Shown here: in pieces, positions 19,465-29,211 of the stretch
How positions within the stretch are numbered: position 1 is the first letter of the stretch
Layout of the letters: each line of letters opens with the position of its first letter
Position numbers and translations under genes: made by a program
Assembly: GCA_963779195.1 (NCBI GenBank)
Contig: CAVZWZ010000008.1
Span: 431,289 to 495,288 of the forward strand
DNA: 64,000 nucleotides
Reading direction: 5' to 3'
DNA from: an uncultured Alphaproteobacteria bacterium
Lineage (GTDB): Bacteria > Pseudomonadota > Alphaproteobacteria > Sphingomonadales > Sphingomonadaceae
Notes under the pieces: generated by a model
Database searches by the model: none
Told to the model about the DNA's origin: nothing
The model's input: only the letters and a program-made list of their open reading frames with translations

Positions 19465-20214
19465 CTAATCCCGCCAGCTGCGGTCGATGGTGTCGATCTT
19501 GCGCTTCCACGCCTCGAAGTCGGGCGCGCCCATGCCGCCGGGCGGGCGGGCTTGCGCCATGTCCCGCTGGTGCACCGCGATCACCTCATCGGGCACGACA
19601 ATCGGCTTGCCCATCGCCAGCGTCGCCATCTGCACCTCGCAGGCGCGTTGCAGCGTCCAGTGGGTCAGGAACATCTCGCCCAGCGTTGCGCCGAGCACCA
19701 CCGGTCCGTGGTTGCGCAGCATCAGCACGCGCTTGCCGCCAAGGTTCGCCAGCAGCCGCTCGCCTTCCTCCGGGCGGACGGTGACCCCTTCGAAATCGTG
19801 ATAGCCGACCTGTCCGGCGAATATCGAGGCGTAGAAGTTGACCGGCTGCAGCCCGCCCTCCAGGCTGCACACCGCCATCGCCGCAGTGGTGTGGGTGTGG
19901 CAGATGGCGTGCGCCCAATCGACATGGCGGTGGAAATAGCCGTGCTGGACGAACCCCGCTTTGTTGACCGGCGCATCGCTGCCATCGAGCACGGTGCCGT
20001 CGATGTCGATCTTGACCAGGTTGGAGGCGCAGATCTCGGAATAGAGCAAGCCGTAGCGGTTGATCAGAAAGGCCTGGTCCTCGCCGGGCACCCGCAGCGA
20101 GATGTGGTTGTAGATCGATTCCGACCAGCCCAGCAGGTCGAAGATGCGATAGGCGGCGGCAAGATCCTGCCGGGCCTGCCATTCGGCGTCGCTGCATTCG
20201 ATGTTGCGGTGCAT
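19465..20214 (-). CDS. class II aldolase/adducin family protein
   Basis: DLAAAYR, NHISLRVP, ICHTHT, LMLRNHG. Confidence 0.93.
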   Translation of the reverse strand: MHRNIECSDAEWQARQDLAAAYRIFDLLGWSESIYNHISLRVPGEDQAFLINRYGLLYSEICASNLVKIDIDGTVLDGSDAPVNKAGFVQHGYFHRHVDWAHAICHTHTTAAMAVCSLEGGLQPVNFYASIFAGQVGYHDFEGVTVRPEEGERLLANLGGKRVLMLRNHGPVVLGATLGEMFLTHWTLQRACEVQMATLAMGKPIVVPDEVIAVHQRDMAQARPPGGMGAPDFEAWKRKIDTIDRSWRD

Positions 20215-20276
20215 GAAACCCAGCCTTGTGCGAAGTCTTCAAATCAGAAACATCCCCCCAAACCCAAATCCGACTA

Positions 20277-20362
20277 TCCTGAGCTTGTCGAAGGAGAGGT
20301 TCTTCTTCGTGCAGCAGCGCGTGACACACGAAGAAAAGGACAGTGCTTCGACAAGCTCAGCA
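20277..20362. repeat. second copy of the GAGCTTGTCGAAG palindromic element
   Basis: CTGAGCTTGTCGAAG ... CTTCGACAAGCTCAG arms; spacer shares CACGAAGA-A with the 11776 copy. Confidence 0.88.
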
Positions 20363-20413
20363 TGGGCGGATTTGGGTCAGGTGATGCGACCGGCAGACTA
20401 GCGTCAATCGGGC

Positions 20414-22483
20414 CTATTGGCCAAGCCTTACCTTCACTCCCGCCCACAAAGTCCTCGGCGCGCCGAGGTCGATCGAACCAGCCTGGTTGCGGGTGACGAC
20501 ATCGGCATCGGTCAAATTCTCGCCGCGCAGCACCAGGCTGAACGGTCCCGCCAGCGGCACTTCCGCATAGGCGTCGAGCGTGGTCGCGGCGGGCAGCACG
20601 TCGGTCTGGAGATCGTCCTCGAACTGCGCGCCGGTGTGGCGCAAGGTGACGGCGAGCAGCCAGTTGGCGCGCGGCCGCCACGACAGCGTGCCGCTGGCGG
20701 CGAATTTGGGCGTCTGCGCCGGTCGCTTGCCGCCCAGCGCGGCAGAAATGCCGCTGGCCTCCACTTCGGCATCGGTCAGCGCCAGCGACCCGTCGAAGCC
20801 CACCTGCCCGAACCGCAGCGCCGCCGCCAGTTCGACGCCCCGCGAGCGCACCGCATCGACATTGCGCCGCTGTCGGCATGGAGGGCTAGTTCCGAGAATG
20901 CTGCATGCCGCAGCATCGAGAGTGACATTGGCGATGGCGCGCTTCACTTTGTTGTCGAATGCGGTGAGCGATATCATTACGGCGTCCGATGGCGCGAAGT
21001 CGATGCCGCCCTCGAAACCGAGCAGCTCCTCATTGGCCAGTGAGGCGTTGGCGACCGTGGTGACCGGGAAGACGACGAACGGCCGGTAAAGCTCGTTGAG
21101 CGTTGGCAGACGGAGGCCGCTGTAAGCCGCCGCCCGCAGCGAGAAGCCGCCGCCAGCTTGCCACACGGCCCCGCCACGAAGCGACGTGTCCCAGCCCGCG
21201 CGGTTCGGAAAGCTGTTGTTCCTCGTCACAACTCCGGCGGCATTCGTCTCATGGAAGAAGCCGTCGCGCACGGTCCAGCGGTCGGCGCGGAAACCGGCGG
21301 TCAGCACCAGCTGCCCCAGTGTCCAGTCGTCTTCCACAAACAGCCCGACATCGCTGTTTGCCCCGCCCGCTCGGCGGCGCGCGGTGACGAGGCCGGTGAC
21401 CGCGCTGTAGGCGTCCTCTTCCAGGATGGCGTCGGATATCCGCCAGTCCGCCCCAAGCCGCAGCACATGCGCATCCCCCAGCGGCGGGCGCAGTTCGAGC
21501 TTGCCGCCGATCCCGGTCGAGGGCGTGCGGCGCTGGTCGAGGGTCTTGCGGAAGCTGGTCGCGCTGATGACGATGTTCGAGAAATCGCGCTTCTGGACAT
21601 AGGCCAGCGCATCGAACTGCCAGGCGCCGCGCCCGACCAGCCGGATGCTCGCATCCCGCCCCTGCGAGCCGGTATCCGCCCCGGCGAAGCGCAAGGTGCG
21701 GCGGTCCTCGAAGGCGAGGCCGCGCACTTGCAATTCGAGGTCGCTCCCCAACGGCTGCACCAGCCTCGCGCTGGCCGACCAGCTGTCGTAGCGCGCCTTG
21801 ACGCTGGCGGGCACTCGCTGCGCCGCCGGGGTCATCCAGAAGCCCTGGCCCCGGTCCCAGCGGCCCGAAATCACCGCAAAGCCGCGCCCCAGCTGAGGCG
21901 CCAGCGTGGCGGACAGCTCGGTCTCGCCCCGGTCATCGATCAGCGCGGAACCAGAGAGCAGCCCCAGCACCCCGGCATCGGCGCTGGTCAGCTCGATGCT
22001 TCCAGCGACCGCCCCCGCGCCGAATGCGCCCGCGCCGCCGCCCCTGGTGATCCGCACCGAGGCCAGCCGTTCGGGCGCGATGGCGGAGAGCGGGATATAA
22101 CCGAACATCGGATCGGCCATCGGCACCCCGTCGAGCAGCACCAGGGTGCGGCTGGTGGCGTTGCCGCCAAGCGCCCGCAGGGTGACGCCCTGCGCCGAGG
22201 GGTTCGACGAGCGGCTGTCGGAACGGCGGAATTGCTGGAATCCGGCGGCGGTGGACAGCACATCCTCGATCCGGCCCGAAGCGGAAGACGTCAGGCGATC
22301 CCGCGCAATGTCCTGGACGCCATAGGCGGGCGTTGCGGGGGTTTCGGCCAGGCCCTTGCCGCTGACAACGATCTCGTCAGCCGCTTCTGCTTCGGCAGCC
22401 AATGCGACACCTGGCGGCCACCAGGCAGCCGCGAGCGCCACCACGCTGGCCCTTCCGGGGCGAAATCGATGTGCGAATAGCAT
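20414..22483 (-). CDS. TonB-dependent receptor
   Basis: Signal peptide, EIVVSG TonB box, plug RTLVLLDGVP...VRITRGGGAG, RLPTLNELYRPF. Confidence 0.93.
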   Translation of the reverse strand: MLFAHRFRPGRASVVALAAAWWPPGVALAAEAEAADEIVVSGKGLAETPATPAYGVQDIARDRLTSSASGRIEDVLSTAAGFQQFRRSDSRSSNPSAQGVTLRALGGNATSRTLVLLDGVPMADPMFGYIPLSAIAPERLASVRITRGGGAGAFGAGAVAGSIELTSADAGVLGLLSGSALIDDRGETELSATLAPQLGRGFAVISGRWDRGQGFWMTPAAQRVPASVKARYDSWSASARLVQPLGSDLELQVRGLAFEDRRTLRFAGADTGSQGRDASIRLVGRGAWQFDALAYVQKRDFSNIVISATSFRKTLDQRRTPSTGIGGKLELRPPLGDAHVLRLGADWRISDAILEEDAYSAVTGLVTARRRAGGANSDVGLFVEDDWTLGQLVLTAGFRADRWTVRDGFFHETNAAGVVTRNNSFPNRAGWDTSLRGGAVWQAGGGFSLRAAAYSGLRLPTLNELYRPFVVFPVTTVANASLANEELLGFEGGIDFAPSDAVMISLTAFDNKVKRAIANVTLDAAACSILGTSPPCRQRRNVDAVRSRGVELAAALRFGQVGFDGSLALTDAEVEASGISAALGGKRPAQTPKFAASGTLSWRPRANWLLAVTLRHTGAQFEDDLQTDVLPAATTLDAYAEVPLAGPFSLVLRGENLTDADVVTRNQAGSIDLGAPRTLWAGVKVRLGQ

Positions 22484-22597
22484 TGCGCCGCCATAGGGAC
22501 GATTGCTTGAATGGCAAATTGCCAAGCGGCGGCAAGATTGACAAAGTGTCCCCGCAGAATAATGATACACCATAGATCATAATCGAGTTGCCAGCCC

Positions 22598-23791
22598 ATG
22601 TCCGACACCGCCGCCTCAGCCTGCCCGATCTCGCCGTCTCGCGACGACCGCAAGAGCGCGGCCATCGCCGAGGCCCAGGCCAGACCCGATGCCGGCTTCG
22701 CCCCGGTCCGCAGCTTCGGTTTCGCCCGCGACATCATGCGCAGCTCAGCCGTGCGCCAGGGGATGGAAGTCGAATTTTTCAAGAACAAGGAACCGAGCAA
22801 GGTTCCGGTGATCTTCCTCGATGGCGAACTGCACAAGCAGCGCCGCGCCCAGCTCGCCCGCTATTTCACCCCCAAGGCGATTCGCGACCGGCACAGCAAG
22901 GTGATGGACGCCACTACCGCCGAGCTGATGGCCGCCCTGCGCCGCAGCGGACGCGGCCAGCTCGATGTGATGAGCCTGCGGCTCGCCTGCGATGTCGCCG
23001 CCGAGATTGTCGGGCTGACCAATACGGACGCCGATGCCATGTCGTCCCGGCTGCGCAAGAAGTTTTCCGCCAGCGGCAAGCGCAAGCGGCCCGGCCTGCT
23101 CGGCAAGCTCGGCGCGCTGGAGGACGTCGCGCGCACCCTGTGGTTCTTCCAGCGCGACGTGAAACCGGCGATCCGCCACCGCCAGAAGCATGACGAGGAC
23201 GACGTGATCTCTTATCTGGTGCGCGCGGGTTATTCGGACCAGGAAGTGCTGATCGAGTGCATGACCTATGCCACCGCCGGGATGATCACCACCCGCGAAT
23301 TCATCGTCATGGTCGCCTGGCATTTGCTCGAGAATGACGAGTTGCGGGCGCAGTTCCTCGAAGGCGGCGAAGACGTCCAGTTCGCCATCCTCGACGAGAT
23401 CCTGCGCATCGATCCGGTTGCCGCCTATGTCTACCGCCGCGCCGAGGCCGATCTGACCACCTCCGACGGCCGCGCGGTCAAGGCCGGCGAGAAATTCCTG
23501 ATCGACATCCGCAACATCAACCTTGACGAGACGGCGACCGGCGCATGCCCCCACGCCATCGATGCCGAGCGCTCGAAACGCCAGAAGATGCCCAGCAACT
23601 GGTTCAGCTTCGCCGACGGCCCGCACCGCTGCCCCGGCGCCCAGGTGGCGATGCACGAGACCCGCGTGTTCATCGACGCGCTGCTGCGCGTGCCCGGCAT
23701 CCGGCTTGCCAGAAAGCCGGCGGTGGGCTGGATCGAAGACATCAACGGCTACGAACTCCACGGCGCGATCGTGGAGTGCGACCGGGGCTAG
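22598..23791 (+). CDS. cytochrome P450
   Basis: DGELHKQRR, I-helix AGMITT, EILR (ExxR), heme motif FADGPHRCPG. Confidence 0.95.
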   Translation: MSDTAASACPISPSRDDRKSAAIAEAQARPDAGFAPVRSFGFARDIMRSSAVRQGMEVEFFKNKEPSKVPVIFLDGELHKQRRAQLARYFTPKAIRDRHSKVMDATTAELMAALRRSGRGQLDVMSLRLACDVAAEIVGLTNTDADAMSSRLRKKFSASGKRKRPGLLGKLGALEDVARTLWFFQRDVKPAIRHRQKHDEDDVISYLVRAGYSDQEVLIECMTYATAGMITTREFIVMVAWHLLENDELRAQFLEGGEDVQFAILDEILRIDPVAAYVYRRAEADLTTSDGRAVKAGEKFLIDIRNINLDETATGACPHAIDAERSKRQKMPSNWFSFADGPHRCPGAQVAMHETRVFIDALLRVPGIRLARKPAVGWIEDINGYELHGAIVECDRG

Positions 23792-23864
23792 GGGCAATTG
23801 GAACACGCGCTTCCATGCTGTATGGGTTAGTGTTAGAATGTACACACCCAAGCACGAGGCCGCT

Positions 23865-24128
23865 ATGTCCGCCAGCACAACCATGAGCATTCGCTTGAGC
23901 CGCGAGACCAAGGCTCAGTTGGGTCAACTTGCTGTTGCCACCCGCCGCAGCAAGAGCTTCCTCGCCGCCGAAGCGGTCGCCGCTTATGTTGCGCGCGAGC
24001 AGGCGATCATCGCGGGTATCGCGCGGGGGCATGCCGATATGGCGGCGGGCCGGACCCTGCCGCACGATGCGGCGATGGCTGAACTGGATGCGCTGATCGA
24101 CGGGATCGAGCAAACCAAAGAGACATGA
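23865..24128 (+). CDS. CopG/RHH antitoxin
   Basis: TTMSIRLSRETKAQLGQLAVATRRSKSFLAAEAVAAYV; ATGA overlap with the toxin. Confidence 0.9.
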   Translation: MSASTTMSIRLSRETKAQLGQLAVATRRSKSFLAAEAVAAYVAREQAIIAGIARGHADMAAGRTLPHDAAMAELDALIDGIEQTKET

Positions 24129-24454
24129 AGCGTCCTGTCAAATGGTCCCGCGCCGCACTGGACGACCTCAAGGCACAAGTCGCCTATATCGCTCACAACA
24201 ACCCAGTCGTCGCCCGCCGCGTTGCGGCAAGCATCCGTGCGGCAGGGAATGGGCTGGCCGATTTTGCAACCGGGCATCCGGGACGAGTGGCCGAGACCTA
24301 CGAAAAGTCGGTAGGGGGGCTACCCTATATCATCGCCTATGCCATTGACCGGAGCAGGGGCGGTGAGACGATCGTGGTGCTGCATGTGATCCATACTTCA
24401 CGGGATTGGCGTGAGGGAGAATGGCCGGGATCGGGGTCGGAGAAAGGCAGATAA
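24125..24454 (+). CDS. RelE/ParE family toxin
   Basis: VKWSRAALDDL..YIAHNNP...GHPGRVAETYE...LPYIIAY...VLHVIHTSRDW. Confidence 0.92.
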   Translation: MKRPVKWSRAALDDLKAQVAYIAHNNPVVARRVAASIRAAGNGLADFATGHPGRVAETYEKSVGGLPYIIAYAIDRSRGGETIVVLHVIHTSRDWREGEWPGSGSEKGR

Positions 24455-24978
24455 TGGGCTCAATTCTGCTTGAAACACGCAGGCTAATCCTGCGTCCGCC
24501 GGTCGAAGGCGATCTTGATGGCTGGGCCGCCCTCGATTGCGACGAGAGGGCATCTGAGTTCTTTGGCGGCCCAAAGAGCCGGGCGATATCCTGGGAATTC
24601 ATGGCTTCCAACGCAGGCATGTGGGCGCTGCGAGGATGCGGCCTCTTCAGCGTTTTCGAGAAGAGTTCGGGGCGTTGGATTGGGCGCATTGGTCCCTGGA
24701 AGCCAGAAGGCGCCACCGCGGAAATTGGATGGGCGATCCTGCCTACCGAGTGGAGAAAGGGGTATGCCACGGAGGGGGCAGAAGCCGCCATCGAATGGGC
24801 AACAGACTCGCTCGGGTGGACGGAAATCTGTCACTGCATCGATGCCGGGAACGCTGTTTCGATCACTTTGGCCAAGAAGTTGGGCGCGCAGTGGCTGCGA
24901 AGCGATTTCGATGGGCATGGTCAGGTTACTCAGGTCTATGGTCAAACCTCGCAGCAATGGCGGTCGCGCAGACATTAG
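24454..24978 (+). CDS. GNAT acetyltransferase (RimJ/RimL type)
   Basis: LETRRLILR, EIGWAI...WRKGYATEGA, NAVSITLAKKLG; TAATG coupling to parE. Confidence 0.9.
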   Translation: MGSILLETRRLILRPPVEGDLDGWAALDCDERASEFFGGPKSRAISWEFMASNAGMWALRGCGLFSVFEKSSGRWIGRIGPWKPEGATAEIGWAILPTEWRKGYATEGAEAAIEWATDSLGWTEICHCIDAGNAVSITLAKKLGAQWLRSDFDGHGQVTQVYGQTSQQWRSRRH

Positions 24979-25124
24979 CCGCGCTTGCTGCTGATGGTTG
25001 GTGCCGACCGTTGGGGGGCTGAACACCAGTTCAGCATAAGTCCGTTTTCCGATTGCAGCGCATGGCGAATCCCGGCAAAGGCCCGGCTAACGCAAGCATG
25101 CGCAGCATTGAGAGAGGCCGGACG

Positions 25125-26897
25125 ATGTACGACGACAATCCCCAAGCCAAGCCCGCCACCACCACCGGCGTCCCGGTATACGAACGCATCCTGCAATTGT
25201 TCGAAGCCGAGGGCATCAACACCCTGTTCGGCATCCCCGATCCCAATTTCGTCCACTTCTTCCTCGAAGCGGAATCGCGCGGCTGGGAAGTCGTCTCGCC
25301 GCATCACGAGGCCGCCGGCGGCTTCATGGCCGAGGCCGCCTCGCGCATCACCGGCAAGCCCGCAGTCGCCATCGGCACGCTCGGGCCGGGCCTCGCCAAT
25401 CTGATGCCGGCGATCCAGTGCTGCCTGGTCGAAAACTCGCCGGTGATCTTCCTCGGCGGCCAGCGCGCCCGCGTCACCGAGCGCCGCGTGCGTCGCGGGC
25501 GCATCCAGTTCGTCTGCCACGAACCGCTGATCCGCGATTCGGTGAAGTTCGCCAGCTCGATCGAATATGCCGACCAGACCGACGAAATCATTCACGAGGC
25601 GATCCGCAAGGCGATGTCGGGCACGCCCGGCCCGGTCTATGTCGAATTTCCCGCGCACGTCATTCAGGAAGAACTCGAAGTCGGCGATGCGCCGCCGCCG
25701 TCGAAATACCGTCTGGTCAACCAGGGCGCGGACATGGACATGATCGCCGAGGCCGCCAGGCTGATCAAGGCGGCGAAGAACCCGGTGCTGCTGGTCGGCC
25801 ACGCGGTGCACACCAGCGGCAGCCAGGCGAAGGTCAAGGAACTGGCCGATCTGATGAATTGCCCGGTGGTGCAGACCTCGGGCGGCACCTCGTTCATCCC
25901 GGGGCTAGAAGAGCGCACCTTCCCCTATGGCTTCTCCGACTGTTCGATCGACGCGGTGGTCGAAAGCGACCTGTGCGTCGCGCTCGGCACCGAGCTGGGC
26001 GAGCCTTCGCACTACGGCCGCTGGCGGCACTGGGTGGCGGGCGAGGCCAACCGCAAGTGGATCTATGTCCAGCAGGACCCGACCGCGATCGGCGTCAACC
26101 GCTCCTATGACGTGCCGCTGGTCGGCGACATTCGCGGCGTCGTGCCGCAGCTGGTGCGCGCGCTGGGCGGCGAGAAGCGCGCGGCTTCGCCCAACCTCGA
26201 GAAATACATCGCGCAGGACGCGCAGCAGATGATCGACCTCTATGCCGAGAGCTGCACCAAAAGCGACGGCACCGCCGGCGTGCCGATCCACACCTCGCGC
26301 TTCATTACCGAGGCGACCAGGGCGTTCCCCAAGGACGGCATCATGGGCCGCGACGGCGGCGCGACGGTGATCTTCGGCTGGACCTACAACATGTGCAAGC
26401 CGCGCGACGTGATCTGGAACCAGAACTACGGCCACATCGGCACCGGCCTGCCCTATATCATCGGCGCGATGATTGCCGACAAGGCGGCCACCGGCAAGCA
26501 GCGCCCGGGCATGCTGGTCACCAGCGACTCCTCTTTCATGTTCCACATCGCCGAGCTGGAAACCGCAGTGCGACGCGAGCTGCCGCTGGTCTGCGTGGTC
26601 GGGGTCGATAACCAGTGGGGCCTCGAAGTCGGCGTCTACAAGCGCACCTTCGGCAACCAGGTGCCGCGCCCCGGCGTGCACTGGAGCGACAAGGTGCGCT
26701 TCGACAAGATCTGCGAAGGCTTCGGCGGACACGGCGAATATGTCACCAAGGCCGAGGATATCCGCCCGGCGATCGAGCGGGCCTATGCCAGCGGCAAGCT
26801 CGGCGTGGTCCATGTGGTGATCGATCCCAGGGCCAATTCGGAAGAAATGCCGAAATACGACGAATTCCGCACCTGGTATGCCGAGGGCACGCAGTAA
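25125..26897 (+). CDS. thiamine pyrophosphate-dependent enzyme (acetolactate synthase-like)
   Basis: LFGIPD, HHEAAGGFMA, GPGLAN, PGPVYVEFP, variant TPP motif SDSSF...DNQWG. Confidence 0.9.
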   Translation: MYDDNPQAKPATTTGVPVYERILQLFEAEGINTLFGIPDPNFVHFFLEAESRGWEVVSPHHEAAGGFMAEAASRITGKPAVAIGTLGPGLANLMPAIQCCLVENSPVIFLGGQRARVTERRVRRGRIQFVCHEPLIRDSVKFASSIEYADQTDEIIHEAIRKAMSGTPGPVYVEFPAHVIQEELEVGDAPPPSKYRLVNQGADMDMIAEAARLIKAAKNPVLLVGHAVHTSGSQAKVKELADLMNCPVVQTSGGTSFIPGLEERTFPYGFSDCSIDAVVESDLCVALGTELGEPSHYGRWRHWVAGEANRKWIYVQQDPTAIGVNRSYDVPLVGDIRGVVPQLVRALGGEKRAASPNLEKYIAQDAQQMIDLYAESCTKSDGTAGVPIHTSRFITEATRAFPKDGIMGRDGGATVIFGWTYNMCKPRDVIWNQNYGHIGTGLPYIIGAMIADKAATGKQRPGMLVTSDSSFMFHIAELETAVRRELPLVCVVGVDNQWGLEVGVYKRTFGNQVPRPGVHWSDKVRFDKICEGFGGHGEYVTKAEDIRPAIERAYASGKLGVVHVVIDPRANSEEMPKYDEFRTWYAEGTQ

Positions 26898-26914
26898 CAG
26901 GCCAACGCGGCCAG

Positions 26915-26953
26915 CCCCCCTCCCGCTTGCAGGAGGGGGGGTAGGGGTGGGCC
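26915..26953. repeat. CCCTCCC...GGAGGG palindromic unit (half copy of the 48652 family) between convergent genes
   Basis: CCCCCCTCCCGCTTGCAGGAGGGGGGGTAGGGGTGGG. Confidence 0.65.
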
Positions 26954-27283
26954 CTACACCCCGACGAAGATGTCGTTGTCGAGCACCTTGACCGGATAGG
27001 TCTTCAGGTTCGTCTTCGCCTTCATCGTAATGAACAGCAGCTTGGGATCGCGCTCGATTGCGCCCGTCGCCAGATCGAACTTGGCCTTGTGCAGCGGGCA
27101 GACCACTGCCGCCCCGTCCAGCGAACCCCGGCACAGGTTGAAGCCGAGATGCGGGCATTTGCGCTGCGCCGCATAGAATGTCGCGCCGACCTGGGTCAGC
27201 AGCAGCTTCACCCCTTTGGCCTCGACCGGCAAGATCTGCCCCATGCCGACATCCGACACGCTCGCTACCCGCACATAGTCCAT
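26954..27283 (-). CDS. Rieske (2Fe-2S) ferredoxin
   Basis: CPH...CPLH, FDLATG, LKTYPV. Confidence 0.93.
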   Translation of the reverse strand: MDYVRVASVSDVGMGQILPVEAKGVKLLLTQVGATFYAAQRKCPHLGFNLCRGSLDGAAVVCPLHKAKFDLATGAIERDPKLLFITMKAKTNLKTYPVKVLDNDIFVGV

Positions 27284-27302
27284 CGCCCGCTCGCTCCTCG
27301 AT

Positions 27303-27605
27303 TCAGCGCATCAATCGCCTGCGGTTGGCCCGCACGCGCTTGAGGTAGTGCGTCACCACGCCGCCGGTCACTTCCGCCGCGCCGCGTCCCATCCGCCCTG
27401 CGGCGAGATCGCGCAGCAGCGCGCCATGCGCCTCGACCTTCTCGCTGACCATCAGCTGCACCTCGGCCCTGGCGGCGGGTCCGCCGCGCGCCAGCCGCGC
27501 CAGCCGCAGCGGCACCACCAGCGAGGCTTCCGCGCCCAGCAGCCAGCAATCCGCCGCCACACCCAGCCAGCCGCCACTCTCTCGTTTGCTGTCCTTGCGC
27601 CCCAT
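27303..27605 (-). CDS. hypothetical protein (conserved alphaproteobacterial type)
   Basis: LGAEASLVVPLRLARLARGG...EVQLMVSEKV...VRANRRRL. Confidence 0.7.
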   Translation of the reverse strand: MGRKDSKRESGGWLGVAADCWLLGAEASLVVPLRLARLARGGPAARAEVQLMVSEKVEAHGALLRDLAAGRMGRGAAEVTGGVVTHYLKRVRANRRRLMR

Positions 27606-27755
27606 TGCCCCGGGCTAGCCGCACCGCCGCGAACTGGCAAGCGTCGCGCCGGTGCATTCCCGATACATCGAATGTTCAGGTCCTGGAGCCAAACCTGCCC
27701 CCGCCGCCGCCCGCCAGGCCCTGGCGGCAGGGAACAGAACCCAAGGAGAAACCCG

Positions 27756-28073
27756 ATGAAGACACGCCTTACCATCGCCGCCCTCGCCTGCGTGCTGGGC
27801 ACATTGGCCGCCGCCATGCCCGCCCAAGCCGGGGTAGATCGCCGCCAGGCCCGCCAGCAGGCCCGCATCGATCAGGGCGTCGCCAGCGGCCAGCTCAACG
27901 CCCGCGAAACCAATCGCCTGCAAAAGCGCCAGACCCGCGTCGCCCGCTACGAGGCCAGGAGCCGCGCCGACGGCAAGGGCTACACCGCCCGCGAACGCGC
28001 CCGCACCCGCGCCATGCAGAACCGCAACAGCCGCGCGATCTATCGCCAGAAGCACGACGCCCAGCACCAGTAA
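27756..28073 (+). CDS. secreted Arg/Gln-rich repeat protein
   Basis: AAGGAG RBS, signal peptide ending AQA, RQARQQARIDQGVASGQL...SRAIYRQKHD. Confidence 0.85.
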   Translation: MKTRLTIAALACVLGTLAAAMPAQAGVDRRQARQQARIDQGVASGQLNARETNRLQKRQTRVARYEARSRADGKGYTARERARTRAMQNRNSRAIYRQKHDAQHQ

Positions 28074-28132
28074 CGCCCTTCGCGCCAATCGGGGGCTGGC
28101 GCGCCGGGCACGACTGGTGCACGGGCGGCGCC

Positions 28133-28591
28133 ATGTCCCCGATCCGCATTCTCGTCGATGCCGACGCCTGCCCGGTCAAGGAAGAGATCTACAAGGTCGC
28201 CTTCCGCCGGGGCCACGCCGTCCGCATCGTCAGCAACAGCCATTTGCGCGTCCCCGCCCATCCGCTGATCGAGCGCGTGGTGGTCTCCGACAGCTTCGAC
28301 GCCGCCGACGACTGGATCGCCGAAGCGGCGGACGAGCGCGCGGTGGTGATCACTGCCGACATCCTGCTCGCCGACCGCTGCCTCAAGGCCGGGGCCAGCG
28401 TGCTGGCGCACAATGGCAAGCCCTTCACCCCCGCGAGCATCGGCAGCGCCGTCGCCACCCGCGCGATCATGGCCGACTTGCGCGCCGGGGGCGATGTGGT
28501 CGGAGGACCGGCGCCTTTCGGGAAAGCGGACCGGTCGCGCTTCCTGCAGGCGCTCGACGAGGCGCTGGTTAGGTTGGAGCGGGCGGGGTGA
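28133..28591 (+). CDS. YaiI/YqxD family (DUF188) protein
   Basis: ILVDADACPVK, DAADDWI, VITADILLA, DRSRFLQALD. Confidence 0.93.
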   Translation: MSPIRILVDADACPVKEEIYKVAFRRGHAVRIVSNSHLRVPAHPLIERVVVSDSFDAADDWIAEAADERAVVITADILLADRCLKAGASVLAHNGKPFTPASIGSAVATRAIMADLRAGGDVVGGPAPFGKADRSRFLQALDEALVRLERAG

Positions 28592-28670
28592 AGCGGGAGC
28601 AGCGCAATGGCCGCCCCTCGCCAGACCCTGCGGGCTTTGGCATGGCGCGAATTCAACAGGAGTGCAGGCG

Positions 28671-28979
28671 ATGGCCGGTGACGACGAAGATTATGTCTAT
28701 GACGAAGACAGCGGCGAATGGCTGCCTGCGTCGCAATTGGCCGCAAAGCGTGTCGCCGAAGGGGCCGTGGAAGTGCGCGATGCGGTCGGCAATCTGCTGG
28801 CCGACGGCGATCAGGTGACGCTGATCAAGGACCTCGAAGTCAAAGGCGCGGGGCGGACCTTGAAGCAGGGCACCGTGATCAAGTCGATCCGGCTGACGGG
28901 GGATGCGCAGGAGATCGATTGCCGGTTCGACGGCATCAAGGGGCTGGTGCTGCGGGCGGAGTTTGTGCGGAAGCGGTGA
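28671..28979 (+). CDS. PhnA/YjdM domain protein lacking the N-terminal Zn-ribbon cysteines
   Basis: VRDAVGNLLADGDQVTLIKDLEVKG...LKQGTVIKSIRL. Confidence 0.9.
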   Translation: MAGDDEDYVYDEDSGEWLPASQLAAKRVAEGAVEVRDAVGNLLADGDQVTLIKDLEVKGAGRTLKQGTVIKSIRLTGDAQEIDCRFDGIKGLVLRAEFVRKR

Positions 28980-29211
28980 GGGGTTCTCACCTCGTTCCAG
29001 CTTTAAACGAAATGAGGTTTCCGTTGAAAGTGGCATGCGAGGGCCTACGCCCTCGCGCTCCCCGGAGTTTGGGGAATTTTGCACATTGCACCATAATCTC
29101 AGGATTGCCGCAAGGTTTGCTAGTCGTTCAAATGACACCTAACTTTGAATAAAGATTAAGGGACTTATATACATGCTTGACCCAATCCGGGGGGCGTGCT
29201 AATCAGACTGC

